From a virus (Duplodnaviria; Caudoviricetes), in the IMG/VR virus record IMGVR_UViG_3300025286_000125, positions 1-25,727 of that record: 25,727 nt of DNA. The stretch is one strand, 5' to 3'. The notes beneath the pieces were generated by a model. The model searched no databases. It worked only from the letters and a program-made list of their open reading frames with translations, and was not told where the DNA came from. Below, one piece after another: positions 1-8,518 of this stretch. Position 1 is the first letter of the stretch, and every line of letters starts with the position of its first letter. The translations under genes were made by a program, and so were the position numbers.

Positions 1-1838
1 CGGATGAACAATATAATACAATTGTTGGTATGGGTGCTATGGGTGCATTTGATGAAGGAACTAATGGGCATATTGACCATAATATAGCTTTAGGATATGA
101 CACACTGCGTGGTGCTGATTTAGGAACGGCAAGTGTTACAGTGTCAGATAATATTGCTATTGGGTCAGAGGCTTTAAATGCTACTGGTGCAAATGCTCAT
201 ACGGGAACTATTGCTATTGGGCGTTCTTCTCTTGGAGCCCTCACAGTTGGTGCGAATAATATCTCTATTGGTCACACTGCCACATCATTACTTACTACAG
301 GTAATAATAACACTGTGATTGGTGATTCAGCTTTTAATGATGCTGATGCTGGTGAATCGGATAATGTGGCGATTGGTACTGCGGCAATGGGTAATGTTGA
401 TGAGGGCAGTGGAGGTGGAGGAGACCAAAACGTCTGTATCGGTGTAAGTTCTGGTCTTGGTGGAGGTTTTGGTTCATCAACAAAATATTTTAATGAAAAT
501 GTTGCTATTGGTTATCAATCTATGGATGGTAGCGGTACTGAAAGTTGTATTGGAAATGTATTTGTTGGTAAATCTGCTGGTACTGGTTCTTGGGGAACTG
601 GTGGAGCTTCTTATAATGTAGGAATTGGCATGGGTGCTCTATCTGCCGCATTAACTGACGCTACTTATAATGTCGCAATAGGAAGAGATGCTGGAGACGC
701 CATAACAGAAGGTGATAATAATATTTTGATTGGTCGAGATGCAGGTGGTGCAATGTCAACTGGAATAACTACCATTGCAATTGGCCCTAGCGCTGGTTCT
801 GGTCTTACCACTAATACCAACGGTGAGTTAGTCCTTTTGGGAAATGCCGCTGGTAGAAGTATAACAACTGGTTATAACTCTGTCGCTATTGGTGGCGGTG
901 CAATGGGTGAAAACGCTAGCAATGCTATAACTGGATTTAATAACACGGCAGTGGGTTATCTCGCTGGATATGAAATGGCAGGAGCTTCAAATAACAACAC
1001 CATGATAGGGGCATACGCAGGTCAAAATATAGAAAGTGCGGATTCAAACGGAACTACAGCGGTAGGTGCGTATGCATTAGCCGACATGACTGATGGAGCT
1101 GGAAATACAGCTCATGGTTATTACGCATTGAAGGGTTGCACTACAGGTGATAATAACACTGCTGTCGGATTTCAAGCGTTAGATGCTATGACAAATAAAA
1201 GTAAGTCCACTGCGGTTGGTTCTCAAGCGATGAGTGCGTGTACTGAAGATGACAATACTGGTATAGGTTATAATGTTCTTTCAAATCTTGTAGGTGGTCA
1301 AAGCAATGTTCATGTAGGTACAAGCACTACTGTTTCGAGTGCAAGTAATAACTTCACAATTTTTCTTGGGACTGGTGCTGGAGCCACCCCAGAAAATGAT
1401 TTTCAATTTGGTAAATCAAGTAATTATGTTTCAAATGATTTTGATACAGATGCTAACTGGTCACATTCTTGTGATGAGCGTAAAAAACGTAATATTAATG
1501 ATGATTCTCTCGGATTAGATTTTGTAAAAGATTTACGCACAGTTACTTTTCAATGGAAACCTGCTGAAGAACATCCAGAAGAATGGCACGCTTGGGATGA
1601 AGATGAAGACGGAAATAAAGTATATCACGAAATGACCACCGATGCAGTGATGCATGGCATGATTGCTCAAGAAGTCAAGTCGGCATTAGACACTGCAAAC
1701 GTAAGCACATTCTCAGGGTGGTCTGAGATGGAAAATGGTCAACAGCAACTTTCACCAGAAATGTTTGTATATCCACTCATCAAAGCAGTACAAGAACTTT
1801 CCGCAAAAGTGGAAGAGTTAGAAGAAAAACTTAAATAA
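1..1838 (+). CDS. Tail fibre/spike with N(V/T)A(I/V)G repeats and C-terminal intramolecular chaperone (Peptidase S74-like); 5'-truncated
   Basis: Frame is open from base 3 (DEQYNTIVGM...), so ATG 30 is probably internal. Many ~14-aa repeats (NIAIG, NTAVG, NVAIG). C-terminal CDERKKRNI...LGLDFVKDLR..F.WK...HGMIAQEV...PLIKAVQELSAKVEELE matches the endosialidase-type chaperone pattern. Confidence 0.9.
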   Translation, partial: DEQYNTIVGMGAMGAFDEGTNGHIDHNIALGYDTLRGADLGTASVTVSDNIAIGSEALNATGANAHTGTIAIGRSSLGALTVGANNISIGHTATSLLTTGNNNTVIGDSAFNDADAGESDNVAIGTAAMGNVDEGSGGGGDQNVCIGVSSGLGGGFGSSTKYFNENVAIGYQSMDGSGTESCIGNVFVGKSAGTGSWGTGGASYNVGIGMGALSAALTDATYNVAIGRDAGDAITEGDNNILIGRDAGGAMSTGITTIAIGPSAGSGLTTNTNGELVLLGNAAGRSITTGYNSVAIGGGAMGENASNAITGFNNTAVGYLAGYEMAGASNNNTMIGAYAGQNIESADSNGTTAVGAYALADMTDGAGNTAHGYYALKGCTTGDNNTAVGFQALDAMTNKSKSTAVGSQAMSACTEDDNTGIGYNVLSNLVGGQSNVHVGTSTTVSSASNNFTIFLGTGAGATPENDFQFGKSSNYVSNDFDTDANWSHSCDERKKRNINDDSLGLDFVKDLRTVTFQWKPAEEHPEEWHAWDEDEDGNKVYHEMTTDAVMHGMIAQEVKSALDTANVSTFSGWSEMENGQQQLSPEMFVYPLIKAVQELSAKVEELEEKLK

Positions 1839-1850
1839 CAGGAGAATAAA

Positions 1851-2180
1851 ATGGATTGGTCAAAATACAGTTCGTTGAAATCTGGCAGTAAAGTTTCTTT
1901 TGGAAAAGAGAAACAAGTCATGCGAGAAGCAGTAGCCGAAGAAAGAGATGACGATGGCAAGGTCGTGAGAGCGGCTCAAGCCAAAGAGGAACGTGAATAC
2001 GTTGCTATGAGTCAGAAACGATGGGATGCTGAATCTGGTGAAGCTCAGGATGATAGCAAGCAAGAATACTCACTTTCAGATTTAGAACGTGAGAAAGAAC
2101 GTCACGATGCTGAACAGGCGAGAGCCAAAGCTCAGAGTGATGGCTTAAAAGCCGCTATTGCAGATTTCAAGAAATTATAA
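1851..2180 (+). CDS. Hypothetical charged protein downstream of tail fibre (109 aa)
   Basis: ORF with SD AGGAG at 1840-1844; C-terminal coiled-coil-like segment. Confidence 0.8.
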   Translation: MDWSKYSSLKSGSKVSFGKEKQVMREAVAEERDDDGKVVRAAQAKEEREYVAMSQKRWDAESGEAQDDSKQEYSLSDLEREKERHDAEQARAKAQSDGLKAAIADFKKL

Positions 2181-2211
2181 CACATAACCAAATAACCGAA
2201 AGGGGTTAATA

Positions 2212-2499
2212 ATGGCTGAAAAACAAAAAGAGAAAAAGCCGACATTTACCTTTGGTGATAAAGAATATATTATCGAGGATATGAGTGACGATCAAAGGGT
2301 AATAGCTGCAAAGGTTCTTAAATTCCAGGATCATGTAAATGATATTCAAAAAAAGTTACAAACTAATATGTTTCTTAAGGAACAGTTTATAGAAAATGAA
2401 AAAACCTTTCTCAGGAAATTGGAAGTTGGTAAAGCTGAATTGCAAAAAGCATTAGAACCAGCAGAAGAAACTATTATTGCTGATGAGGTTGCTGCATAA
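2212..2499 (+). CDS. Hypothetical coiled-coil phage protein (95 aa)
   Basis: SD-like AAGGGG upstream. FGDKEYIIEDMSDDQ followed by a helix resembles small proteins often found next to phage tail fibres. Confidence 0.8.
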   Translation: MAEKQKEKKPTFTFGDKEYIIEDMSDDQRVIAAKVLKFQDHVNDIQKKLQTNMFLKEQFIENEKTFLRKLEVGKAELQKALEPAEETIIADEVAA

Positions 2500-2510
2500 T
2501 ATGAAGTAAA

Positions 2511-2828
2511 ATGAATGAAATAGCGGAAATGTATATGCAAATAGGGGCTGCTGGTGTGATCGCAGTCCTGTTTGCATTTATGATTATGAATCTTATTAAA
2601 AGTCAGAGAGAACAGACTGAATATTTAGAACAGATCATGAGAGATATAACAAAACTAGCTACAGAAATGAGTAATACTATGAGTATAGTGATAAAGTTAG
2701 TGGATAGAATGAATGTATCTGATTCTGCAAGTCAAAGACATAGAGAAGATATTGTCAAAGAATTGAATGATCTCAGTGATATTCTAATGGAGATCAAGGG
2801 TAATATTGCAAGGATAAATCACCGTTAA
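2511..2828 (+). CDS. Putative holin-like membrane protein (N-terminal TM plus coiled coil)
   Basis: TM segment IGAAGVIAVLFAFMIMNLI; upstream of the endolysin; TAATG overlap with next gene. Confidence 0.6.
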   Translation: MNEIAEMYMQIGAAGVIAVLFAFMIMNLIKSQREQTEYLEQIMRDITKLATEMSNTMSIVIKLVDRMNVSDSASQRHREDIVKELNDLSDILMEIKGNIARINHR

Positions 2829-3064
2829 TGGCAAGTAAATTAACAGTGTCAGAATACAGAGCAGAGAATACTGCAAGGCTTGTTAAGCTTGAAGAGAGAC
2901 AGATAAGTATATTTAAAACATTGCAGCGAGTAGAAAAGAATATTGATAAGATTAACGGCCAGGTACAGGATAATAAGACCAATCTAACTAAGATAGGTAC
3001 AATTGGTTCTATCTGTGTGTTTGTAATTCCTATAATTGTATCAGTAGTAATGAGATTGTTATAG
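2828..3064 (+). CDS. Putative XhlA-like lysis membrane protein (coiled coil plus C-terminal TM)
   Basis: RLVKLEERQ..IFKTLQRVEKNIDKI coil, then TM IGTIGSICVFVIPIIVSVVM; start and stop overlap the neighbours. Confidence 0.6.
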   Translation: MASKLTVSEYRAENTARLVKLEERQISIFKTLQRVEKNIDKINGQVQDNKTNLTKIGTIGSICVFVIPIIVSVVMRLL

Positions 3065-3360
3065 TGAAGAAGAACGATGATCATCTTCAGCTACCTGTTA
3101 CAAGTAAGCAAATATTAAGTTTCTTTATATCTGCTATTCCTGTTATTGCAGTAGGTGGATATTTGTATGCTGAGTTTGAAAACAGATTAGATAAGATTGA
3201 ACAAGATAGATTAGAAGATAGGGCTCAGATAGAGGAACTTGTACAGAAGCATGAAAGGGAATCTGAACAAAGGTTTGAAGCAATGGAAGAACAGGTTAAA
3301 TGGTATCAGAAAGAACTGGGCTTTAATTTGAATCCTTTCAGTAGAAAAAAGAAAAAATAA
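3064..3360 (+). CDS. Membrane-anchored coiled-coil protein in lysis cassette
   Basis: GTG start overlapping previous TAG; TM ILSFFISAIPVIAVGGYLY; basic C-terminus. Confidence 0.65.
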   Translation: MKKNDDHLQLPVTSKQILSFFISAIPVIAVGGYLYAEFENRLDKIEQDRLEDRAQIEELVQKHERESEQRFEAMEEQVKWYQKELGFNLNPFSRKKKK

Positions 3361-3369
3361 GGAGTTATT

Positions 3370-3603
3370 ATGGAATGGTTAAGTTTAGAAAACGCCGCTT
3401 ATCTGATGGCGATTATCTTAGGTGCAATGGCTACTATGGTAGCTACCAAGTACCGTATTATCCTTAAGGAGATGAAAGAAGCAGCTGCCAAGTATCATGA
3501 AGCAGCTAAGGATGGTAAGATTACTAAAGATGAACAGCAAGCTATTGCAAAAGAGTGTATGGACGTTCTTATGGCAGCAGTTAAACTTGTCTGGAAATTC
3601 TAA
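3370..3603 (+). CDS. Putative holin / small membrane protein (77 aa)
   Basis: SD AAGGAG; TM AAYLMAIILGAMATMVA; immediately upstream of the endolysin. Confidence 0.65.
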   Translation: MEWLSLENAAYLMAIILGAMATMVATKYRIILKEMKEAAAKYHEAAKDGKITKDEQQAIAKECMDVLMAAVKLVWKF

Positions 3604-4098
3604 TTGATTGCTATTATCATGAATTCTGAGATTATAAAGCATGTATTAAGACGAGAAGGTGGTGACAAGATCACCCGTGATCCAGATGATCCAGGTGGTC
3701 TTACTAAGTTTGGAATATCAAAACGATCACATCCAGACATTGATATTGAGAATCTAACAGAGGATGATGCTGTTCTTATATATCTGGAAAAGTATTGGAA
3801 ACCATCTAGAGCTTCTGAACTTTCACTTCAATTGCAGGATATGTATTTTGATATGGTAGTTAACTTTGGTCAGCGTAGGGCAGTTAGAATTCTACAGGAA
3901 GCATGCAATAGTAAGTCTAAAAGCAATGGTCTTGTTGTAGATGGGAGGATTGGCCCTAAAACCTTAAAAGCAGCCAGAACTCTTGAGAAGGACAGGCTTT
4001 TAGCTTTTAGGGTATTGCATTATTCAAAGATAGTCTTGAAGAAAAACAGTTTAATGAAATATTATTATGGTTGGATCCGTAGGTCAATATCAATTTAG
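3604..4098 (+). CDS. Endolysin, glycoside hydrolase family 108 with C-terminal peptidoglycan-binding region
   Basis: REGG...DPDDPGGLTKFGIS, Y..KYW, FDMVVNFG, LQ, VDGRIGPKT and YYGWIRR are GH108/PG_binding_3 hallmarks. The start could be TTG 3604 or ATG 3619. Confidence 0.92.
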   Translation: MIAIIMNSEIIKHVLRREGGDKITRDPDDPGGLTKFGISKRSHPDIDIENLTEDDAVLIYLEKYWKPSRASELSLQLQDMYFDMVVNFGQRRAVRILQEACNSKSKSNGLVVDGRIGPKTLKAARTLEKDRLLAFRVLHYSKIVLKKNSLMKYYYGWIRRSISI

Positions 4099-4148
4099 TC
4101 CTGATTACTGGGTAACAACTGTTAGCTGGGATTGGATTGAGGTAGTTT

Positions 4149-7127
4149 ATGCCTAAGCAGCTGTTAAAAATTGAGCAGTTTCATGGTGGTTTAAATACTA
4201 ATGCAGACCCTCGTGATCTTCCTGTAAATGAACTTTCAGGGGCTACAGATGTAATGGTAGATGAGCTTGGTAAAATTAGATTCATGGGAGGTGGAGCTTC
4301 ACATGGCACTATAGATGCTCGAGGGAATCAAATTAATCCTGGTTATGGATTATTTCAATTTAGTAGTGATAGACTTGCAGCTGGAATGGGGGGGCTAGAG
4401 CATTTAAATAATAGAGGTTCTTTTGATGGTAATTGGGATTTTACAAATGACATTTCTGGTGATGCTACTGATGCCTCATATGTACATTCAGCTGGAAATG
4501 GTTTAATGACTCAAACTGCTGCTAATCGTGTTTATAAAGGGATTGCTAATACTGGATATGCATTTACATATACAGTTTCTGGTGTAACTGATAGTGGTAA
4601 TATTAGTCAATTTCGTATTCAAGGTGGTGGAAGTAATTTTGCATCAGCAGCAACTAATTTAACAGCAACTAATGGAACTCATACTACTACTTTTACATCA
4701 CACGCTACTGATACAGATCAGCCTTTTACTATAAGATGTGCAGGATCAGGCTCTGCTGCACTCAATATTGATAATGTTTCACTTAAGGTATTTGATGCTC
4801 CTGAAACTGGTGATGATTATCTTGCATTTTCTGAACCTGATACTGCTGGAACTGTAGATATTTATAGTCTAAGTAATGATTGGTCAGGTGCAGATATATG
4901 GTTAAGCCCTATAACTGGTATGACTGATAATACTTCTGGTATACGAAAAGATGTTTTTTATTATGCTGATGGAGCATTAAGGATAGCAGATGCAGATTTT
5001 GGTAATGCTAATGAACCTGTATGGTATGGATATGTAGACAGGCATTTCTTTGGTGATGGTACTACTGGATATGATGAGGATGGTTATTCTCAAGGTAAAA
5101 AGATTAGTACATGGTTTAAGGATGATATGGCTCCCAAGGCATTGCCTATAAAGTCGTTTATGGGGGCTATAGCAGGTGCTACACCTGATATTAGCAGTCC
5201 TATATCTATTGATTTGGATCCTACGGGTGATTATCAAAATGTATCAGGAAGTGGTATAATACAAGATGAGACTAACGTTATACAAACTTTTGTTACTTTT
5301 TCAGCTTCTACACCTAATGTAACTGCAGTTTCTCATACAACTCCTGGTTTTAGCAGATTTTGCAGTATAGGAGATAAGATTAATATAACTGATTCTCTTG
5401 GCTCTGGAGAGAATGATCAAATATTTACAGTAGCAGATGTTCCTGAATATGGGACTGATCCTGATCCTAATACAATGGATTTTGAGGAAACTGTTGCTGC
5501 AAGAGTTAATGATTATGTTTATATGACTAACTTATCAAAGAGCGCATGGTTTGATCCTGTTAATACTGGCTGGCAGGTAGCAGTATCTACTCTTTATGAT
5601 GACAGTAAGCAAGAATCTGCTTTAGATGTTTCAAGTACAACATTACAACCCCATGACAGTGGTAGTAATAATGAGATTATTGCTACTTCAACAGGATATA
5701 AAAAGATTAGGATTGATGCTCATGTGTTTGCTGGTGATGGACATACTACTGGACTTGCAGTGATTAATTCCAGGGTTTCTGGATTTAAGATATATATGCG
5801 TAGAGAAAATACATCTACATGGTATTTACAAGCAGAGATAGATATGACTAAAGGAAATAAATGGTTTGGCAGGGGTGATTGGGAAATGTGGGCAGATGGT
5901 GATGAATTGACTGATTGTGCTCATGCTGATGGAGAATATCTTGAATTTCCCAGAGAAGTAGAGACTTATGAGAGTGAAACTGGATATGATTCTTCTCTCA
6001 CTACTGTTGGTTTTGATGGAACAGCAGCTGGATTTAAGACTGCAGTGGTTGCAAATAATATTGCTTATGTTGGAAATGTAAGAATGAAGGATTGGAAAGG
6101 TAAGGGTGCTGAAGGGTACAGAACTCATGGAGATGCAATATTAAAGTCTGTTGTCGGAAAATTTGATTCTTTTGTATTAGAGAGGCGAATTGAAACCTCT
6201 AAAAGTGATGGTGATTCTATAGTTAAACTTGAAGAGTATGCAGATAGATTGCTTGAGTTTAAAAAGAATAAGATGAGTTTAATTAATATATCTCAAGAGT
6301 TAGAATTCTTAGAAGATGTTTTTATGCATAAGGGTGTTACACATCCATCAGCTGTATGTAAAACAGATTATGGTGTAGCATGGGTTAATAGTCTTGGTTG
6401 TTATTTCTATGATGGGCAGAAAGTTGATAATTTACTTGAGAAAGACGGTAGGCAGATAATAAAACTATCTGATTGGACAACTTTTGCAGCTAATGCCCCT
6501 ATGATTGGATATATACCAAAGAAAAGACAGTTACTTGTTGTAGATGATAATTTTACTGATGGTGACGGCTCTACTTTTTTATATGATATGGTTACACGGT
6601 CTTGGGTTCAAGGAGCTGCAGCTACTATTGCTGATCAGGCTAAAACAAATTTTGTTACTGATTGGAATAATGATTTAATGTGGACAGATACATCTGATAC
6701 AGGTAACTCATTTATATGGGATGATGCTGCAGATGTTAGTTCAAAAATTAATATAACCACTAAAGATATAGATTTTGGACAACCAGGGCAGTTAAAAAAT
6801 GTGTATAAAGTTTATTTAACATTTAGGGGAAATGCTACTCATGTACAGGTACAATATGGTAAGGATGGACTTGCCCCTGCTTTGAATTTTTTTCCAATTA
6901 CAAGTGGCACTGATGGATCAAGCACTGGTACTGGAGCTGCTGCTAAATGTATAGCCTATGATGCTGGGACTACTGATTGGCTTAAAGCTGAATTAAAACC
7001 TGGAGCTGCTATTACTAATATTAATAGTTTTAGATTAAAAATAAGTGGTGACGCTTCTAATGCTATTGCAGCAGATTTTGAAATCAATGATATATCAATA
7101 GTTTATAGATTAAAGGGAATGAGATAA
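4149..7127 (+). CDS. Tail nozzle / DNA stabilization-like protein (P22 gp10 / T7 gp12-like role)
   Basis: N-terminal FHGGLNTNADPRDLPVNELSGATDVMVDELGKI is typical of short-tail nozzle proteins. Propeller-like C-terminal part (GVAWVNSLGCYFYDG; TKDIDFGQPGQLKNVYKVY). SD GAGG; precedes the ejection-protein cluster. Confidence 0.75.
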   Translation: MPKQLLKIEQFHGGLNTNADPRDLPVNELSGATDVMVDELGKIRFMGGGASHGTIDARGNQINPGYGLFQFSSDRLAAGMGGLEHLNNRGSFDGNWDFTNDISGDATDASYVHSAGNGLMTQTAANRVYKGIANTGYAFTYTVSGVTDSGNISQFRIQGGGSNFASAATNLTATNGTHTTTFTSHATDTDQPFTIRCAGSGSAALNIDNVSLKVFDAPETGDDYLAFSEPDTAGTVDIYSLSNDWSGADIWLSPITGMTDNTSGIRKDVFYYADGALRIADADFGNANEPVWYGYVDRHFFGDGTTGYDEDGYSQGKKISTWFKDDMAPKALPIKSFMGAIAGATPDISSPISIDLDPTGDYQNVSGSGIIQDETNVIQTFVTFSASTPNVTAVSHTTPGFSRFCSIGDKINITDSLGSGENDQIFTVADVPEYGTDPDPNTMDFEETVAARVNDYVYMTNLSKSAWFDPVNTGWQVAVSTLYDDSKQESALDVSSTTLQPHDSGSNNEIIATSTGYKKIRIDAHVFAGDGHTTGLAVINSRVSGFKIYMRRENTSTWYLQAEIDMTKGNKWFGRGDWEMWADGDELTDCAHADGEYLEFPREVETYESETGYDSSLTTVGFDGTAAGFKTAVVANNIAYVGNVRMKDWKGKGAEGYRTHGDAILKSVVGKFDSFVLERRIETSKSDGDSIVKLEEYADRLLEFKKNKMSLINISQELEFLEDVFMHKGVTHPSAVCKTDYGVAWVNSLGCYFYDGQKVDNLLEKDGRQIIKLSDWTTFAANAPMIGYIPKKRQLLVVDDNFTDGDGSTFLYDMVTRSWVQGAAATIADQAKTNFVTDWNNDLMWTDTSDTGNSFIWDDAADVSSKINITTKDIDFGQPGQLKNVYKVYLTFRGNATHVQVQYGKDGLAPALNFFPITSGTDGSSTGTGAAAKCIAYDAGTTDWLKAELKPGAAITNINSFRLKISGDASNAIAADFEINDISIVYRLKGMR

Positions 7128-7129
7128 TT

Positions 7130-7894
7130 ATGGCAATGTCAAGAGAAGAAAGAATTGCCAGAAAAATACAGCATACGAAGCAAGAAAGACTTCAGATATC
7201 TGAAGGAGTTCCTTCTGTCAATGAACTTAGAACTGGTGTTCCAGTAGTAAGGGCAACTACAGAGGGCTTGGTAGAATATACGAAATATAATAATGCTCTC
7301 TATAAGAAGGTATTAGATAGAGCTGATATTGCTAGAACTAGGACTATAACTACTGATAAAGAAGTAGATATACTTCCTATATTTCAAGTATATGTTGGTA
7401 GTACTCAAAGTAATATGGCAGTAGGTAGTGAAGTAGATTTACAATTTAATACAGTATCTATAGATACAATATCAGGCTATACTACTAGTACTTATCTTTA
7501 TACTATATCTGCTAGTGGTATTTATTATTTATATTACAATGTAACAATGAGTAATTTTGATTCAGGTATGACAGCTGGGCAGATACAAATGAAAGATGGT
7601 GATGGAAACTATTTTGCTATTTGTAGATTAGATGATAAAGAATTTACTGCTGATTCTGCTTATGTAAGTAGAAATGCAAATGCTATCGTAAACTTTAGCG
7701 TAGGTGATACAGTAAAAGTTACATATTATCAAACTGGTGGTGATGCTATAGCTGATATAATACAAAATACTAGCAGCACTGCTGGTGCTGAATCTATTTT
7801 TGGTGGTTATATGATTACAGATGTAAAATCTAGTAGAGCTGCAGGTTCAGCTGCTGCGGAAGGAAGTGGTGGTAATGGACATGCCGCTTCATAA
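7130..7894 (+). CDS. Virion fibre/decoration protein with C-terminal C1q/TNF-like domain
   Basis: FQVY...LQFNTVSID...YTISASGIYYLYYNV...VNFSVGDTVKV...SIFGGYMI follows the C1q strand pattern. Confidence 0.7.
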   Translation: MAMSREERIARKIQHTKQERLQISEGVPSVNELRTGVPVVRATTEGLVEYTKYNNALYKKVLDRADIARTRTITTDKEVDILPIFQVYVGSTQSNMAVGSEVDLQFNTVSIDTISGYTTSTYLYTISASGIYYLYYNVTMSNFDSGMTAGQIQMKDGDGNYFAICRLDDKEFTADSAYVSRNANAIVNFSVGDTVKVTYYQTGGDAIADIIQNTSSTAGAESIFGGYMITDVKSSRAAGSAAAEGSGGNGHAAS

Positions 7895-7911
7895 TATAAT
7901 AGGAGAGAATT

Positions 7912-8487
7912 ATGGCATACGGCGCAGGTAGGTCAAGATTAATAGCAGCAAAGGGTAAAGAAAAAGCCTTTGAAGCAAGAAAATATGATGAAGAGTTAGT
8001 TGTAGCTGAGGAAGCTGCTAGGAGAGAATCTGAAGGGAAGACTTTATCTTCTGCTGTTGGTTCAGGTTTTGGGCTTTTATGGGGTCTTTATACAGGAAAT
8101 CCATATAAAGGCTATCTAGCTGGACGTGAAGGAGGAACGTGGCTTCATAATTTGTTTTCAGGTTATGATCCAGGGGATTATGCTTTAAGTACTGATATGG
8201 GTAGGTTTAATGTAACTCAGGATATAGATATAAGAGACGTTAATAGACAATTTGAAGAAGCACATAAGGCTGAATTTTGGAAAGATGTGGCTGGTACAGG
8301 AAAAGCTGTAGGTACTCTTGCATATTTAGGAAGTGATCTAGGAAAGATGTTTACTGGTAGTGAAATACTAGAAAAAGGTACAAATGTTTCGGGCTTTTCG
8401 CCCAGGAATCTTTATGGAGGCGAACCTGGAGATTTTTATCGAATTGGTCGTGGTAAGTCTATGCTCGTTGGTACTGATTTAGCTTAA
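7912..8487 (+). CDS. Putative internal virion (ejection) protein, 191 aa
   Basis: SD AGGAG; Gly-rich hydrophobic segment AVGSGFGLLWGLY; no Cys; position after tail genes. Confidence 0.6.
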   Translation: MAYGAGRSRLIAAKGKEKAFEARKYDEELVVAEEAARRESEGKTLSSAVGSGFGLLWGLYTGNPYKGYLAGREGGTWLHNLFSGYDPGDYALSTDMGRFNVTQDIDIRDVNRQFEEAHKAEFWKDVAGTGKAVGTLAYLGSDLGKMFTGSEILEKGTNVSGFSPRNLYGGEPGDFYRIGRGKSMLVGTDLA

Positions 8488-8518
8488 ATATGAAAGATTT
8501 AAAATAAGAATATAGATT

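Noticed and set aside
1-1440. Tail fibre as a diversity-generating retroelement target or invertible cassette
   Set aside because: No reverse transcriptase, recombinase or near-identical template repeat seen in the window; repeats are degenerate at protein level.
2193-2208. Small hairpin TAACC-GAAAGG-GGTTA over the SD of the 2212 gene
   Set aside because: Only 5 bp and no U-tract; too weak to call.
4388-4394. G7 run in the nozzle gene as a phase-variation or frameshift site
   Set aside because: In frame as part of Met-Gly-Gly, and the ORF is intact.
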